A stretch of DNA of 63,772 bases, filler included, from Choristocarpus tenellus KU-1152 (GCA_964200185.2; 12 parts of 12 records of this genome joined end to end with filler, not necessarily neighbours in it); one strand, 5' to 3'; shown: positions 1 through 12,971, counted from the whole stretch's first letter. Notes: generated by a model not told the origin, from the letters alone. Translations and numbers: made by a program.

Positions 1-124
1 ACCCTAACCCTAAGTTGATTAATACGAACATGAACATTAATCAACCCTAACCCTAAGTTGATTAATACGAACATGAACATTAATCAACCCTAACCCTAAG
101 TTGATTAATACGAACATGAACATT
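1..124. repeat. 43-bp tandem repeat (about 2.9 copies): two telomeric CCCTAA units plus a 10-bp-stem hairpin
   Basis: Unit ACCCTAACCCTAAGTTGATTAATACGAACATGAACATTAATCA at 1-43 and 44-86, partial at 87-124. GTTGATTAAT...ATTAATCAAC is a perfect inverted repeat around a 12-nt loop. Confidence 0.95.
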
Positions 125-3100
125 CTAGACATCTAAATAAAAAAATTTAACACAAACACTAAGTCTAAATAAAAATAATTAATTTGGTCACAGAGAGCAA
201 AATCCGCATTATGTGGATCATCTCATCTCAACATCCAAAATGCCGCCTCCAAAGATAGTATAAAACCCTTCACCAACTACACCCCAAGTCAATGCCACAT
301 GGTTCTTCTATTCACTCCAAAAAATAGAACCACCACCAGGTAGATCCAGTGCCAAAATGAGGGAGTTGATTTGCTGAAGTGCGCAACAAGGGTCTACCTT
401 TAAGATACACAAATAATCACATATAGAAAAACCCCTAACCCTAACCCTTCTACATACGCATATTACTTATTATTATACATGCATATACTTTTTACTTGAC
501 CTTTCTACTCATCACTAACCGGATCCCCTGCAATATCAGCAGGAACACCTCCACCAAATCCAGAAAGCCTTCGTCCTCTTCCCGAAGACCGACGCCTTGC
601 CAGGAGAGAAACCTGACCCACAGACCTGCCGGATTTGTTAACCAAGTACCAAAAAATATGTATGTCTAAACATTTAGTAAGGGTTAGGGATAATACTTTC
701 TATGTTCATGTGGATTTGGGGCAAAGGCTTGGGCATTGCACTTAAGGTTAAGAAGGATCTCACGTCCCAGCAAAAGCCAAATCACACCATCAGCACTCTC
801 TTCCTTCCCCATCTGTCTCTGGAATTTACACGTCATTCGCAGCAAAAAAAAAGTAGTCAAAAAAGAAAAAAATAGCAATTTTCACACTCAATATATACTT
901 GGCTACTGTGCACAGGAGTGGTACAACAAGTGCAATACTAACCCTAACCCTATCCCTAACCCTAACTCTAACAAGAAAAAAAAAGTACTGCTTCTGTTTC
1001 ACTTGCTAGTTAGGGTTGATTGCAAGTGGCATACCTCAGCTCAAGAGGAAAGAGAGGATCAAGAGACTCAAGAGGCTTAAGAGGAAAGAGACTCCAAATA
1101 ATGCTGCAGCTGGTGAATCGGGCAGTGGAGTAATTGGACCTTCAAGACCTCAAGCGGACTATGAGCAGCTCCAGATCACCAGTGTTAAAAAAAAGTTACT
1201 TGTAAAAAAAATAACAACATAGCAATAATAATAATAATAATCAGGTGCATATATGGCAGCAACAAAAGCAGTAGTCATCCCCATCACCAACCTGTCAAAT
1301 ACAATAAAAATAATAGATCACAGAAGTCTAACTAACCAATTTTTTTATTCATTGGTATCAATAGCAGTTAGGGTTAGGGTTAACATGAGTTAACATGACT
1401 GATCAATCAAAATGGGGTGTATTGAGAGCGATTTTGATGGGGAGGATTGATGGGGGAAGGAGGGGGGGGGAAGAGAAAAGAATAGGATTGACATGCCCAT
1501 ACATTCACCCTCCATACTGAAAATTGTCAATCATCAGAGCAATATGACGCTACACACTTACCCTAACCCTACCCAGACAGTACAAGCAATTCCACATGTA
1601 ACCCTAACCCTGTTTCCTTCCATATGCCACACTGGCTACTAATGCAAAGCTACGGTTTCAAAAAATACTACTCCCAACCGATACCAAATCCCAAGTGATA
1701 TATTACAAAAACCATGGACAGAACAAGAAAAACTTTCCATATCCAGACATCTTTGACTTCTCTGGTGAAAATTTTTGGGTAGTTATATAACAAATGGACG
1801 GGAAAATGTCTGAGCTTCATCTACAGTACAAATGGATACTCAATCTTCAGGCCAACTGCCAAATGATCCAGGAAATTTCCGATTAATGGAGAAAAATATC
1901 AAGGTTGGCACAGTGGCATAGCATATTGATATACACCATCAAGAATCGATTACATCGTTGTGCTGAATCAAAGACGAAATAACCCAACTTTCAATAGTGC
2001 TGAAGAAGAAGGCTGCACCTCTCTCATGCCTTCCAGATTATAGGAAACAGTCTGTGATAAAAAGAGCCAGTTCTCACATAGATGTGAAGTGCATTTAAGC
2101 TGTCATACATTCAATCAATAGTGTTTGCACACAAAAAAAGAAGTCTTGGCGTTTGTGTTTGTTCTTTACATGTTGTTTGTAGAAGAAATGATTGTTTGAT
2201 GAGCTTAAAACCCTCTTACTACTGAGAGATTATTGGGAGAGATACAGACAAGAAAGGCCTTTGTAACACTAACCCTAACCCTTTCCTGACTAGCATGAAA
2301 ACAGCGAAAATAAATTATCATTGCAAATCCCAATATACTAGCTCTGTCAATTATTCTTATAATTTCCAACTTAAACAAAAATACAATAAAACAATGTAAG
2401 GATATACTAAGTACAGCATCATTTATTTCAAATATCTTGTATGTACAATAAGAAAGCGAAAACAAATGAATACACAATAAAAGCATGCATAAATGGAAAG
2501 CGAGGTCGTCCATTCTCATGGAGCTTAGACCAACCATATGACCGCATCTCATCACTCTTTGATGGTACCACAGATACCTTGAAGGTAACCCTAACCCTAA
2601 CATTATTGGTATATTTTGGTGAAGAAACTAGTACCTCGTTCCTAATGACAATCATGTCTTCATGATGATGTGCAATGTCCAAGGGATCAATATGCACACC
2701 ATTCGCTCACTCCAGAGGTTGAAATCGTTTCCCCGCCCTCTTTAGATATGAAGTCCTTTGCTATCCTTCCAAATCAAACAAGACTTCTCACACGTCCTTT
2801 AATTCTGGCAGACTCCTTAGTCCTCTTTGACATTTGTAGACACGAACCTCGCACGCAAAGGTATGCATCGCCTACCTACAAAGTGTCTGGGGGTACTAGA
2901 ATCAAAGCTAAGCACATAGGTACATTAGAGAGCTTTCTGTCTGTTGCATGCAATCGCACCAGTGAAACCTGGAAATATTGGCGTTTGAAGTGTAATACCC
3001 ATAGCAACCTCCCACGAAAAACTCGCGTTGAATCACTTACCCAAGACCCCGTAAGACCATTGGCATATGCTTGGGAATGAATATTTGACATGATAAAATC

Positions 3101-3217
3101 TGGAGGGTTCCTAGGCAACTCTCCATGGCTGGAGCCCGGATATGGGTGGCAGCGCAGGCAATAGATAGACTCAAGAATAATTCGCAAGGCCCTGGCACAG
3201 GCAGAGGGGAGGCGAGG

Positions 3218-4965
3218 CTATCTTCTTGCATTATATTTTCGCACAAGCACCAGCACAGGGTTGTGAAGGACTCTACCACAACAACGACAATGGGTTAAAT
3301 TCCGATGACGCCATCCGACAAGGGGGAGAGGCCTCTCCCGCTCCTCGACGAACTTCCAGCCGCTTTCAAGATCATTTCTACGAGGTATGTAACCATGTAT
3401 TGCCCATACAGATCACATACCTCATCGTGTCGGTCTCGACTACCTTTCCCCAGCGTACAATCACACTAAGGACCGCGAATAGGTTAAAAAAAGTACGTCA
3501 CGTACCTTGCTCCTCCGTCCACTACTCGCTTCGGTGTTGTCGTGCTGATGATACCGCTCGAGGGATCGGCATTCTCCTTGTTAATGACGTCTCCATCGTT
3601 AACCAGGGAAGCAGAATCGGTGAGGCCCAGCAACTCCTCACACATGATTGTACTCAATCTATAGTCGAGGCTGCAAGATGAAGTATCCTGTAAACCAGGA
3701 CCACCCTCGGTCACGGAAAATCCAAGTGAAATACTACTATCCCCTATACAAAATCCTCACTTGCTCAGCGCTGACAAAGGTATAACCGACCCGCCTGCCT
3801 CCTGTCTTGTATAAGCACCCTTTTTTCCGTATCTGGAAAGAAAAATAGATATGTCAGATGTGCCTGCAGCTTCTACGTTATTACACCCTCAGTCCTCCCT
3901 ATACAACCTACAACTGCCCACACTACACTCTCTCTCATTCCTCAATTTCAGAAAATCTCCAACGGCTATTCTTATTGATGGCGTCGGTTATTATGGCATT
4001 CGGGTTAATGCCACTCTAATCGGATCATTATTGTTATAAGATCCTTAGCACAATCAATTTCATCCTTGGAGTTCAACACTGTTCGTCGTAGTCGCTCCAT
4101 CCTGCTGTGTGTGAGACGTCACAGTCGACTGAAGTTGGTACAGACAGGGATATTAAAGCGGAGTTCGTGAGGTAGGATTAGGAACTGCATGTTGTCGCTG
4201 GATTCAATTTCGTAACTAGTTAAATGATGCTGAAGACATGTCTGCAAGTGTCAGAGAGGAGGGCGCTGAGTCAATTGCTGAGCGATGTAGCCAACGTGCC
4301 TACATTTCTATCTCATGGGAAAATCCAAGGTATGTCCTTTAATCAATCCAATCCCTGTACTTGAGTGCTGGTATGTGTGCCATCGTGGAGTAACGGGACT
4401 GTGTCGTCCAAAATGTGAACCTGGATCAATTTGCTGCGGTTGAGCGCACTTGATACCTGAGCGATCCATAGGATTCGCGGGTCAGGACTGTGTTAGCGCT
4501 ACTAATCACCAACCTATGCTAGCCTCTCTGCTATATGCAGAAATTACTGTGGCCGATTCCTGCTGACACAACAATGGAGTGTCCGTGCATTATTCCTAAT
4601 CTTTGTCCGCATGAAGGCACAACATGTAGCGCTTCCCCCATGGTTGTATGTTAAAGGTGCAACAATATTTTATCGTTGTCCTCATTTATTGCAGATGTTA
4701 TTGTTTTGTCGGGTGAAGTATCCCTATGACAGCATGTTCTTGGTACTTTGCAGGGTCGGACCTTACGCCTTCCAATTGTCAGCGCTGCTACGTTGATTTG
4801 TATCATCCCCCGATCGTCATATTTAATCAAAATACCATAGCTTCCATGAGAGAGTACTTCTTCCCAGGCCAAGCGCAAGTCATGGGACTCTTCACATAGG
4901 GCGTCAAGCACATAATCCTTGCCCCTTGTTCTACATAGAATGGTGTGCTTGTCCAATTTCGACAC
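3218..4965 (-). CDS. Putative multi-exon gene of unknown function, head-to-head with arsC (model incomplete)
   Basis: Open segments ending at donors: about 4965-4762 (SKLDKHTILC...ALTIGRRK|gtccga) and about 3706-3506 (...VVDGGA-R|gtacgt). Phase-compatible terminal exon 3377-3218 (NDLESGWKFVEERE...KYNARR*). The middle exons could not be joined cleanly and no domain was recognised. Confidence 0.35.
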
Positions 4966-6385
4966 ACAACGCGTTCCATATCACCTCCCTCTTATGTCCT
5001 CCACCACACATGATTGCATCACATTGCAGCAACTTTCCTGATAACCAACATGCGATTTCTTTACCATGCCGTCATTCTACAGATATCGAGACATGTTGCT
5101 CTCTTTCTTTTTTCGCATCAAGTTAATTGGAATAGTTGTGCCCCCTGACCATGTCGCCTTATAATGAAAAGAGTTGGCGAGCAGCAATAAATGCGCAACT
5201 TTGGCGTTGATGGCACAGGACGGGCGACTGTCGTGGAGGTTGTACCTTATGCCGTCGTGACCAAGACTTGCCTCTGTCTACATATTCGACAAGACCAAAA
5301 CAGTCGCGCAACTTTTTTTTTTACATGGCGGAACAGCAACAGTTGTCGTGCAGTAGAAAACAATAACAATAGTGGTAGTGTGCAAGGTCTTTTTCTTCTG
5401 ATATTTTTTTTTCTGCTTGTTTAGCTCCCTACTCTCATCGACAGGTAGGTACTCTTACACTCGATATATACTTAGGGTTAGGGTTAGGAACCTCTAATAT
5501 GCAGCACTTCATGATTGCTGTTAGAATGTTCCACTGGTTATAAGTAGAGGAGTCGTCCCTTGAAAAGGACTGCTGTGTCTGAGTGTTATAAACCTTAGAG
5601 GTATCTTCCACTAATGCAATGGTGTGTGTTTATTTTTGATGTAGTGGACTTTAGAAGACTTTGTACACACCGGGCAGTACTCTAACTGACAGGCACACAC
5701 AGGGGATGCATGGTCAGGGTGTATGTGTTTGACATCATAATGAAGGAGGTGTGGGTTGGTGGATTACAGCTACTCGAAAAGTCCAGGTCTCCAACTGCTG
5801 GGTATGCTGCATTGCATCTCCTTAGCCAAGTAAATCACACTTATCTTTATCCATTCTTGAAAAATATACATAAAATAAACATAATATGGACCGGTGAATT
5901 GAGTCTTGTCTCAGATGTCCAAGGAGACTACTCTCTCTGTTAGTCGACTATGGCAAACACCAGTGAGCAGATTTTTAAAGGTATATCTAGGGAGGGGTTT
6001 CCTCACCAGTCTGAGGTGGGGGGGGGGTCTTTAGACCTCTTGGTGCTTCTTAAATCAAATCGCCTGGGACACCGAAGCTTTTCGAGTCAATTTAAGTTTA
6101 TTAACTTTTTTCAAGATTTTAACTATTATAATAAGAATCACCTTTTAGTCGGTTAGGGTTAGAGTTAGGGTTAGCGCTGTTTTTTATTTCATATACAAAG
6201 TGCACATAATGAGTACAGCACTTGTCTATTTATACATGTGTATATACTTGAATGATTTCGGGGCTGACCCGAACAAGAAAGTGCCATTTGAGTTTCAATT
6301 CACAACTACAAGCGCAAGGGAGAACCAATCCTGCTCCATACTGTCTGTCTTGTCTGTCTTACTGGGGTATTGCGTTCGAGGGCAG

Positions 6386-8032
6386 GAGGAGCATCATCTG
6401 TCAGGTGGATGTCCGCCTTTGCTGGCAATAGGAAAACCATAATGTTTGTCTGTAAGAGGAATTCGTGCCGATCACAGGTGTGAAAAATTGATTTGATGTC
6501 CCTTGACCTGCGGTAAGGTGGAGGCAGTGAACATAAAGTGATCTTCTGCATATACGTATATATAGATACATACATCTATTAGTTGTCGTTTTCATGTGTA
6601 TATCTTTATAAAAATCCTTGTCATAGAGATCACATTTAGCTATGTTTATTACTGTTGTCAATTATTTGTTGTCCCAAATTACCTCGATAAATCATGAAGT
6701 GCACTTTCCAGGAGGTCCAGATTCACATTATTTTAATTTATTTCCTGAAATGTACTTTGTGCCTGGGAACTGTGCCTGTAAACTAGATACACAAAGTTCT
6801 CTGACCTTCTCTGGGTGGATTTATGCCAACCTCCCATCTCCTTTCAAGTCCTTCAATGCCAATCTGCCGGGTTGAATTAACTATTTGTAACACTTTTAAC
6901 TGCAGTGAGGATAATGGGTAAATGGTACATGATTTGGCATTTTGGCAATGCACTGCAGCAACTGCTGCATGGTGTATATAGTTGTGCATATTTTAGTCTT
7001 CTGAATGAAGGTGTTGAAGAAGCCACAAAGAAATTTCTTTGAAGTTAGTAAGTAACTGTGTACTCGCTAATCCTTTTGAGCGGTATTGACCCTTCCCTGA
7101 GTCACAATAGTCACAATATATATATATATTTTTTATAATGCTGTATGGTTTGTGATGCACAAGCTCGGTACTATTATTATTATTATATTTTACATGTGTT
7201 ACATGTGTTTGTTTTCAAGATGATCAAACAAGACTGGGGACTGTTGACCCACATTAGACACTGCACATTACACATTACAAATGGAACTGGGTATGTGACC
7301 TCTATAAAAGAGCCACAAAATCAGTCACGAAGGTAGGTGAAGGGTTAGGGTTAGGGTTAGGGATTGAAGACGATTCGTTGCATGTTATGATGTACATTTG
7401 ATTTTAGCATTCTCTTGTGTGGATATGTTAATGTACAGATGGCAGAGGGGTGGGCAAAGTCAATCGCAAATGATAAGCTAGACATCAAGAGCTCTGGGCT
7501 GGAAGGATCTCGAGTTCATCCCACTGCAAAGGTAGAGATCAAAGAGAGAAAGAAAAAAGAATGTGGAACCAAATTGATTGGGGGGGGGATGGAGGCCACT
7601 CACTTCTTAGGGCCTCTCTTAACTCTTTGGTGGGAAGTATTTTTTGAGTAGGGTTAGGGTTAGGGTTAGGTCCACACATTGTGATAATCTAAGTGAAATT
7701 TGACATTATTTTGTGCTTACATTCAGTTTTGCAGGAGCAAATTGTCCTCATCAATGCTCTTCTTTTTTTTTTTAACAGCGTTGGAAACCCCTCTGTTAAG
7801 TACAAAACAGACAAGACACCCCTCCCTGTTGGTTACTTTTGACTTGTGACTAGTGAATATTAGGTAGAATTGCTGTTTCAATTTGTGATGTGTTTGCAAT
7901 GTTTGCAGTGGGAAGTTATTCGTTCAAATATATTCATGGAATACTCTGTGATTCATATATAACTGTTGTGTTGTTTTGGGGGACTCTACTCAAAGGGCTT
8001 GATACACCCTCTCTTTTGGATATTTTCGCTTT

Positions 8033-8068
<36 letters not shown>

Positions 8069-9198
8069 GTTCTAGTGCTTCAAAGCACATTAAAGAACAA
8101 TGGTGCACTACTTGTGAAGATGTATGTCACACCTCTCGATTAATTAGTCTCATAGAATAATTACTTCTGATAAAATAATTTATCTCATATTTTTTTCCTT
8201 GAAGTACTTTTTTGATGAAGACTTCCGTACATCTTAGTGTGATTAAGGTACTCTCTGCACTCTTGTTTTTTTGCAGCATGTAATGTACTTAGGGTTAGGG
8301 TTTAGTCTTCTGGTTTTGTTTTTAAAAAATAAAAAAAATTCAAAATGGTGATAAAGTGTAAATAGAATCATTTTACAATACTAACAACTAAGCATGTGTC
8401 TTGTATACAAATAGTACCAAACAAACATCGACTTGTTTTTTTTTGGCCTTAATAAATCTCAAGAGTGAAGTGATTTTGAAACCTCTCCCTTGTCAACAAT
8501 TTTGAATTATTGTTAAATAAAAATAAAATGTGTATGTTCTACTCACACTCCATCCTTGGAAGTTACTAACCCTAGCCCTAATCCTAAGTTACTTTTTTCT
8601 ATTTCACAGAATGGCGGTGATTCAATATACCCATGATTCAATTTCAAATCCAAGATAACCAACATCCAAGAATAGAGGAGCTAGATTGATTTGATTGATC
8701 AGTTTCTTGGCTGTATGCACACTGCATGCACATTTTGATTCTGTTTGTGTGCATGGAATGGTCATTTTAATGAAATTATTGTACTTAGGGTTGGGGTTGG
8801 GGGGGGTTATCAAGAGGTAAACATACTATTTTTTTTCATTTTTCTTCTGAATGTCAAGAAACATCATTTTGATACTCCCTTACTTATGTCACTTTTTGTG
8901 GGGGGTTTTCAAGAAAATGTTGGGGTTTTTACTCTCATATGTACCTCCCCCTCCCCCTCCCACTCCCACTCCCACTCCGACTCCGACTCCGACTCTCCCC
9001 TTCCTCCCCTGCATGACCATTGCCTGGCCTGGCCTGGTGTGGCCCCATCTGTGCGACTACATTGCCTTGTATACATGGGGTATATTCTTTGCTGGAGATG
9101 GTGATGGAGGAGGTTGGGGTGGACATTACTGAGCACACTTCTGACTGCCTCAGCGACTATCAACCAGACAACTTTGATGCTGTGATCTCCATGTGTGG
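6386..9198 (+). CDS. arsC: Arsenate reductase, LMW-PTP fold, cyanobacterial (Synechocystis-like) type; 3' exon(s) missing at contig end
   Basis: Exons about 6386-6477 (…SVRWMSAFAGNRKTIMFVCKRNSCRSQ|gt), 7439-7531 (MAEGWAKSIANDKLDIKSSGLEGSRVHPTAK|gt) and 9098-9198 (MVMEEVGVDITEHTSDCLSDYQPDNFDAVISMCG|gt), all phase-compatible. The CX5R P-loop CKRNSCRSQMAEG and the motifs SRVHPTA, MEEVG.DI and VIS.CG match cyanobacterial ArsC as I recall it. Tentative upstream micro-exon at 5425-5444. Confidence 0.93.
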
Positions 9199-10206
9199 GT
9201 GGGTGTCACCATGGGAGTGGGCATGGGCATAGTGTCTGCATGCCCTTCTTGTTTGTCCATCCATCCATCCATCCGGCTGTCTCATATATTTTTTTGAGGA
9301 GACACTTGCTTGTACATACACTCACCAATACACTAACCCTAACCCTAGCCAATACACACGCTAATATACATGCATATGCACCAAAGTTTGGATTAGTACT
9401 ATTTGTAAACATTAGCAGGTGAGAGGTATCTGCTCCTATTTGTAGACAGTGGTGGATACAGAGGAAGCATGAGAATTGTGGAGGGGGGGGGGTAGGTAGG
9501 ATGAGGTGTGCGCCACAAGAAATAATCTCATCCAGAATGAATTGTACCTCTTTCTGACACATGTTCCAACCGGTATTTTTTTTTCTTTCTCAGTTTGTGT
9601 TCTTAGTTGCTATAGTGTTGTCCCCTAGAAATATTTTATGATACCCTGAACATGTTTGGATGAGACTTTTCTTTTTTTCCCAACCTCTTTTTTTTGTAGG
9701 GTTGGGGTTAGTAATCTGCCGAAAAATTGGAAGTCTTTTTTTTTAGATCTTGTAAGTTATTTTTTTTAAGTTATCAAAAAATATATATTATTTGAAGAAG
9801 CTTCATTGAAATATTTTACTCACCTGTTGTGCTGTTGACAAGTAGGCATTTCTCTTTTACCCTCTTGTTCCCGTCCCCACCCCTGTCAAAGTATACCTTG
9901 TTGGTATGATCTTGGGATGACTCTGGAGTTTTTGCCTTTGTGCAGTAGGTAGAGTACTCAAACATTCCTAATAAGCAACACTTTCCCTGCTACTATTGGT
10001 GCTCATCTCAATGCAAAACCATACTTGACACACACCCCTCCAGCTCCCACCCACACCCCCACTACCTCACTATAACCCTAACCCTAACTGTTAGACGTTT
10101 TTTCCTGGTCTGGCTAAAAGTATCTGGGGGGGGGGGGGGGGGCCTACACAAATGGGAAGGCCCCCCCCGCTGAACCCCAGTCCCCCCCAAACCTCGTATC
10201 CCTTCT

Positions 10207-10306
10207 NNNNNNNNNNNNNNNNNNNNNNNNNNNNNNNNNNNNNNNNNNNNTTAATTAATTAANNNNNNNNNNNNNNNNNNNNNNNNNNNNNNNNNNNNNN
10301 NNNNNN
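10207..10306. other. Artificial contig-join linker (44 N + TTAATTAATTAA + 44 N). Also at 13127, 16055, 18767, 22921, 29166, 37925, 46680, 53439, 57168 and 60905
   Basis: Identical 100-nt stop-codon spacer occurring 11 times. Confidence 0.99.
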
Positions 10307-10693
10307 AGATAGAAAATCCCAAACCAATCAAACATACGAGTTCTGCTGCAGAGTAACAGTTCCCCCCCCTCCCAAGCCCCCTCCCCCCACGCCTCCACGG
10401 ATACAAAATCAAAGGCAGATTACAAACAGCTCTACACAAAACTACCATACAAAACCCACTTAACAATAATAATCCACTACTACGGCAGCAGAGAAAGCAG
10501 ACCGACCGGCTATCTACACAAAACAAAAACAAAAAACCATAAAACAGGGGGGGGGGGGGGGGGAAGGAAAAAAAAAAAAAAAATGGGGGAGGTTAAAGGG
10601 GGGGGGGGAAACAGAAAAAAACGAATATGCACGCACAAAAATTGAAACTGTTGTTGTTGGTGCAAAAGTGAAACTGCCATTTCTGTCACTCAC

Positions 10694-12744
10694 AAGGATC
10701 CTGTCGCCCACTCTCCTGGAATGCTCGTCGGGGAGTCGAGAGTTTTCAAAGAGCCCCGGATCTCTTTGGACCGTTATCTTCTCCCCCTCTGCCCCTACCC
10801 TCTCTTCAAATATCTCTCGCCCGGAACGCATCCCAGCTGATATGGAGGCGTATTGAGCAAAACTAATGAAGTCGAAGTAATTGGGATCTGTCAGATCCCC
10901 CTGTTGAATTCTGAACACACACACACACACACACACAATGACAACATGAATAGTGTTACTGCTGCTGGTGGTCAGTGCCCACAATAATGATGATAATAAC
11001 AGTAGTAAAAATAAACATAATCACAATAATGTTAGGGATCTCAGACCCAGGGCCCAGGGTGAAAATGGTAGGTCCAAAGAAGGCAACAGTGCTTTTGCTT
11101 GAGAAAAGGCAACAAGTGCCATAAAAAAAAAGCAGTGGAAAAATAAGAAGAAAAAAGCAAAGCAAAGCGTCCATAGCAAGGAGGGAAGGAGGGGGGGGGG
11201 GGATGAAGAGAGATTCCTTGAATTTAGTTTAGTTTGTAAATGGGGCGGTTGGGTTAGCAGGAAACTTTGCAATCCACTAGTCGTGGTCAGTGCAAAAGAG
11301 CCAGTGAGAAAATGTTTTAGAAGCTTAGAAGCTGTACATTGACTTGGTACAGTTTTGATCTCTTAGTTTGTTGACAGATATATATATATATATATTCAAT
11401 GAGGAGGATGCCATCGATATTTTTGAGAAATCCCCCCCCCCCTTCTGTTGCTCCAGAGTTGCAGGCAAAACACAAGTTTGGTAGTATGCTGGAAGGCTAT
11501 TTGGTGAAGGGTTTGCATGATGGGTAAGTCCACCATCATACGCTGCTGTTGTAGCGATATGTGGTAACAGAAAGTAGTATCATAGAGCAGCTGGTGCTTT
11601 TTTTAGAAGGGGGGGGGGGAAACCCCCCAATAAATGATGAAAAATGAAGTAAAGACTACTCTGCATTCATTAAAAAAAAACTGAAAGCAATGTGAAAAAG
11701 TAAAAAAAATCTCGAGCACTATTTTTAGTGATAATTTATACTGAAACTAAAACAACAAATACAAAACAGTTGAAAAGAAGTATAGATAGAGTCAAGCAAG
11801 CCATCGTTTGGGATGTTGCATTTGAATGACAATAAATGATCAAGAAGAGGAAGAGGAGCAGCAACAGAAATACACACGATGATAACAAAAAAAAATGTAA
11901 TACATTGTCTTAAAAAAAAAGAGGTGAAAATAGTATGATAGGCAGTAGGAAAAACACTTTGTACTTCGAACAGAAAAAAAGAGAGCCCTAACCCTAATCC
12001 CCAATGGGGAGATCATCAAACATTTTTGTTTTTGGAATTGCTGCCAAATGCAGTCATCCATTGGTACTTCCAACCCCATCTCAGCAACATATCACACACA
12101 TAAATACACAAACACACACATGCATGGCACAAAGAAACCCCTTCTTGTGGTGTGGGATGAAGAGCCGCGTCCATCTTTTCCAGCGCATTTTAGATGCAAA
12201 ATCATAGGTATCCCCCCCCCCATCCCCCCCCAAAAAATGTTGTGGTTGGTGGTTGGTAAAGGGTTCTATTCCTGTTGGGATCATCACCATTTTTTGAGTT
12301 TCAGAGCTGGTTCCAACTGAACTTCCAAGATGAACACATAATATGGGCCCCTCTCACCCTCATATACACACGCCCAACAGCCTGAAAACCTCTGCAATCA
12401 ACTACACACAATGCAACAAGAAAGTCAGACTTGACCAAACAATAACAAAAGGCGGGATACATCCTTATGGGCGAGGAAATAGTGGCTCTTATGTGGTGAA
12501 TATCCTCTCCCGATAGAAACAAACCTGTGAGGCCTTGAATGCCAGCGACATCTGCGACCCCTGTTGCTGCAGTAACTGCAACTGAGGGCGTACTCATGTA
12601 GATACCATGTGTGGGTGTAAAGGATACACACACTATACACTATAAATAAATGTATCCGTTGTAAATTCGAACAGATGCTGACTTTAGGCCAGAAGTAGTG
12701 ACGTTGAGATAAAATACTATGTGCAGTTTAATCTTTGCACAGAT

Positions 12745-12776
<32 letters not shown>

Positions 12777-12971
12777 TGTATGTATGTATGTATGTATGTA
12801 TGTATGTATGACAACAAACTCAATAGCTGTTTTGAATATTTGTTTTGGAAAGTATTTCTCTCTCTCTCACCTAGGGTATTGCTCCTTGTAATCAGCCCAC
12901 TCCTTCTGACGGAAGAGGAAAAACTCCTTCTGAAAATCGTCCATGGGAATAAAATCAAGTTCATCTGCCAC
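10694..12971 (-). CDS. Conserved uncharacterised protein of cyanobacteria and algae (two internal exons)
   Basis: Exon 12971-12871 (VADELDFIPMDDFQKEFFLFRQKEWADYKEQYP-R|gtgaga) splices in phase 2 to exon 10910-10694 (IQQGDLTDPNYFDFISFAQYASISAGMRSGREIFEE...RRVGDRIL|gtgagt). The PMDxFQKxF..RQxEW and QGDLxDPxYFDFISFAQY motifs are ones I associate with a hypothetical family of photosynthetic lineages. Confidence 0.8.
12747..12810. repeat. (TATG)n microsatellite in an intron
   Basis: About 16 perfect TATG units. Confidence 0.97.

Noticed and set aside
1-124. CRISPR-like palindromic repeat
   Set aside because: The units abut with no unique spacers, the context is eukaryotic and there are no cas genes.
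240-2110. Possible BED-finger DNA transposon remnant (…PQTCRIC*, exon-like segment at 1014-1190)
   Set aside because: Many stops, and no catalytic motif or TIR could be identified.
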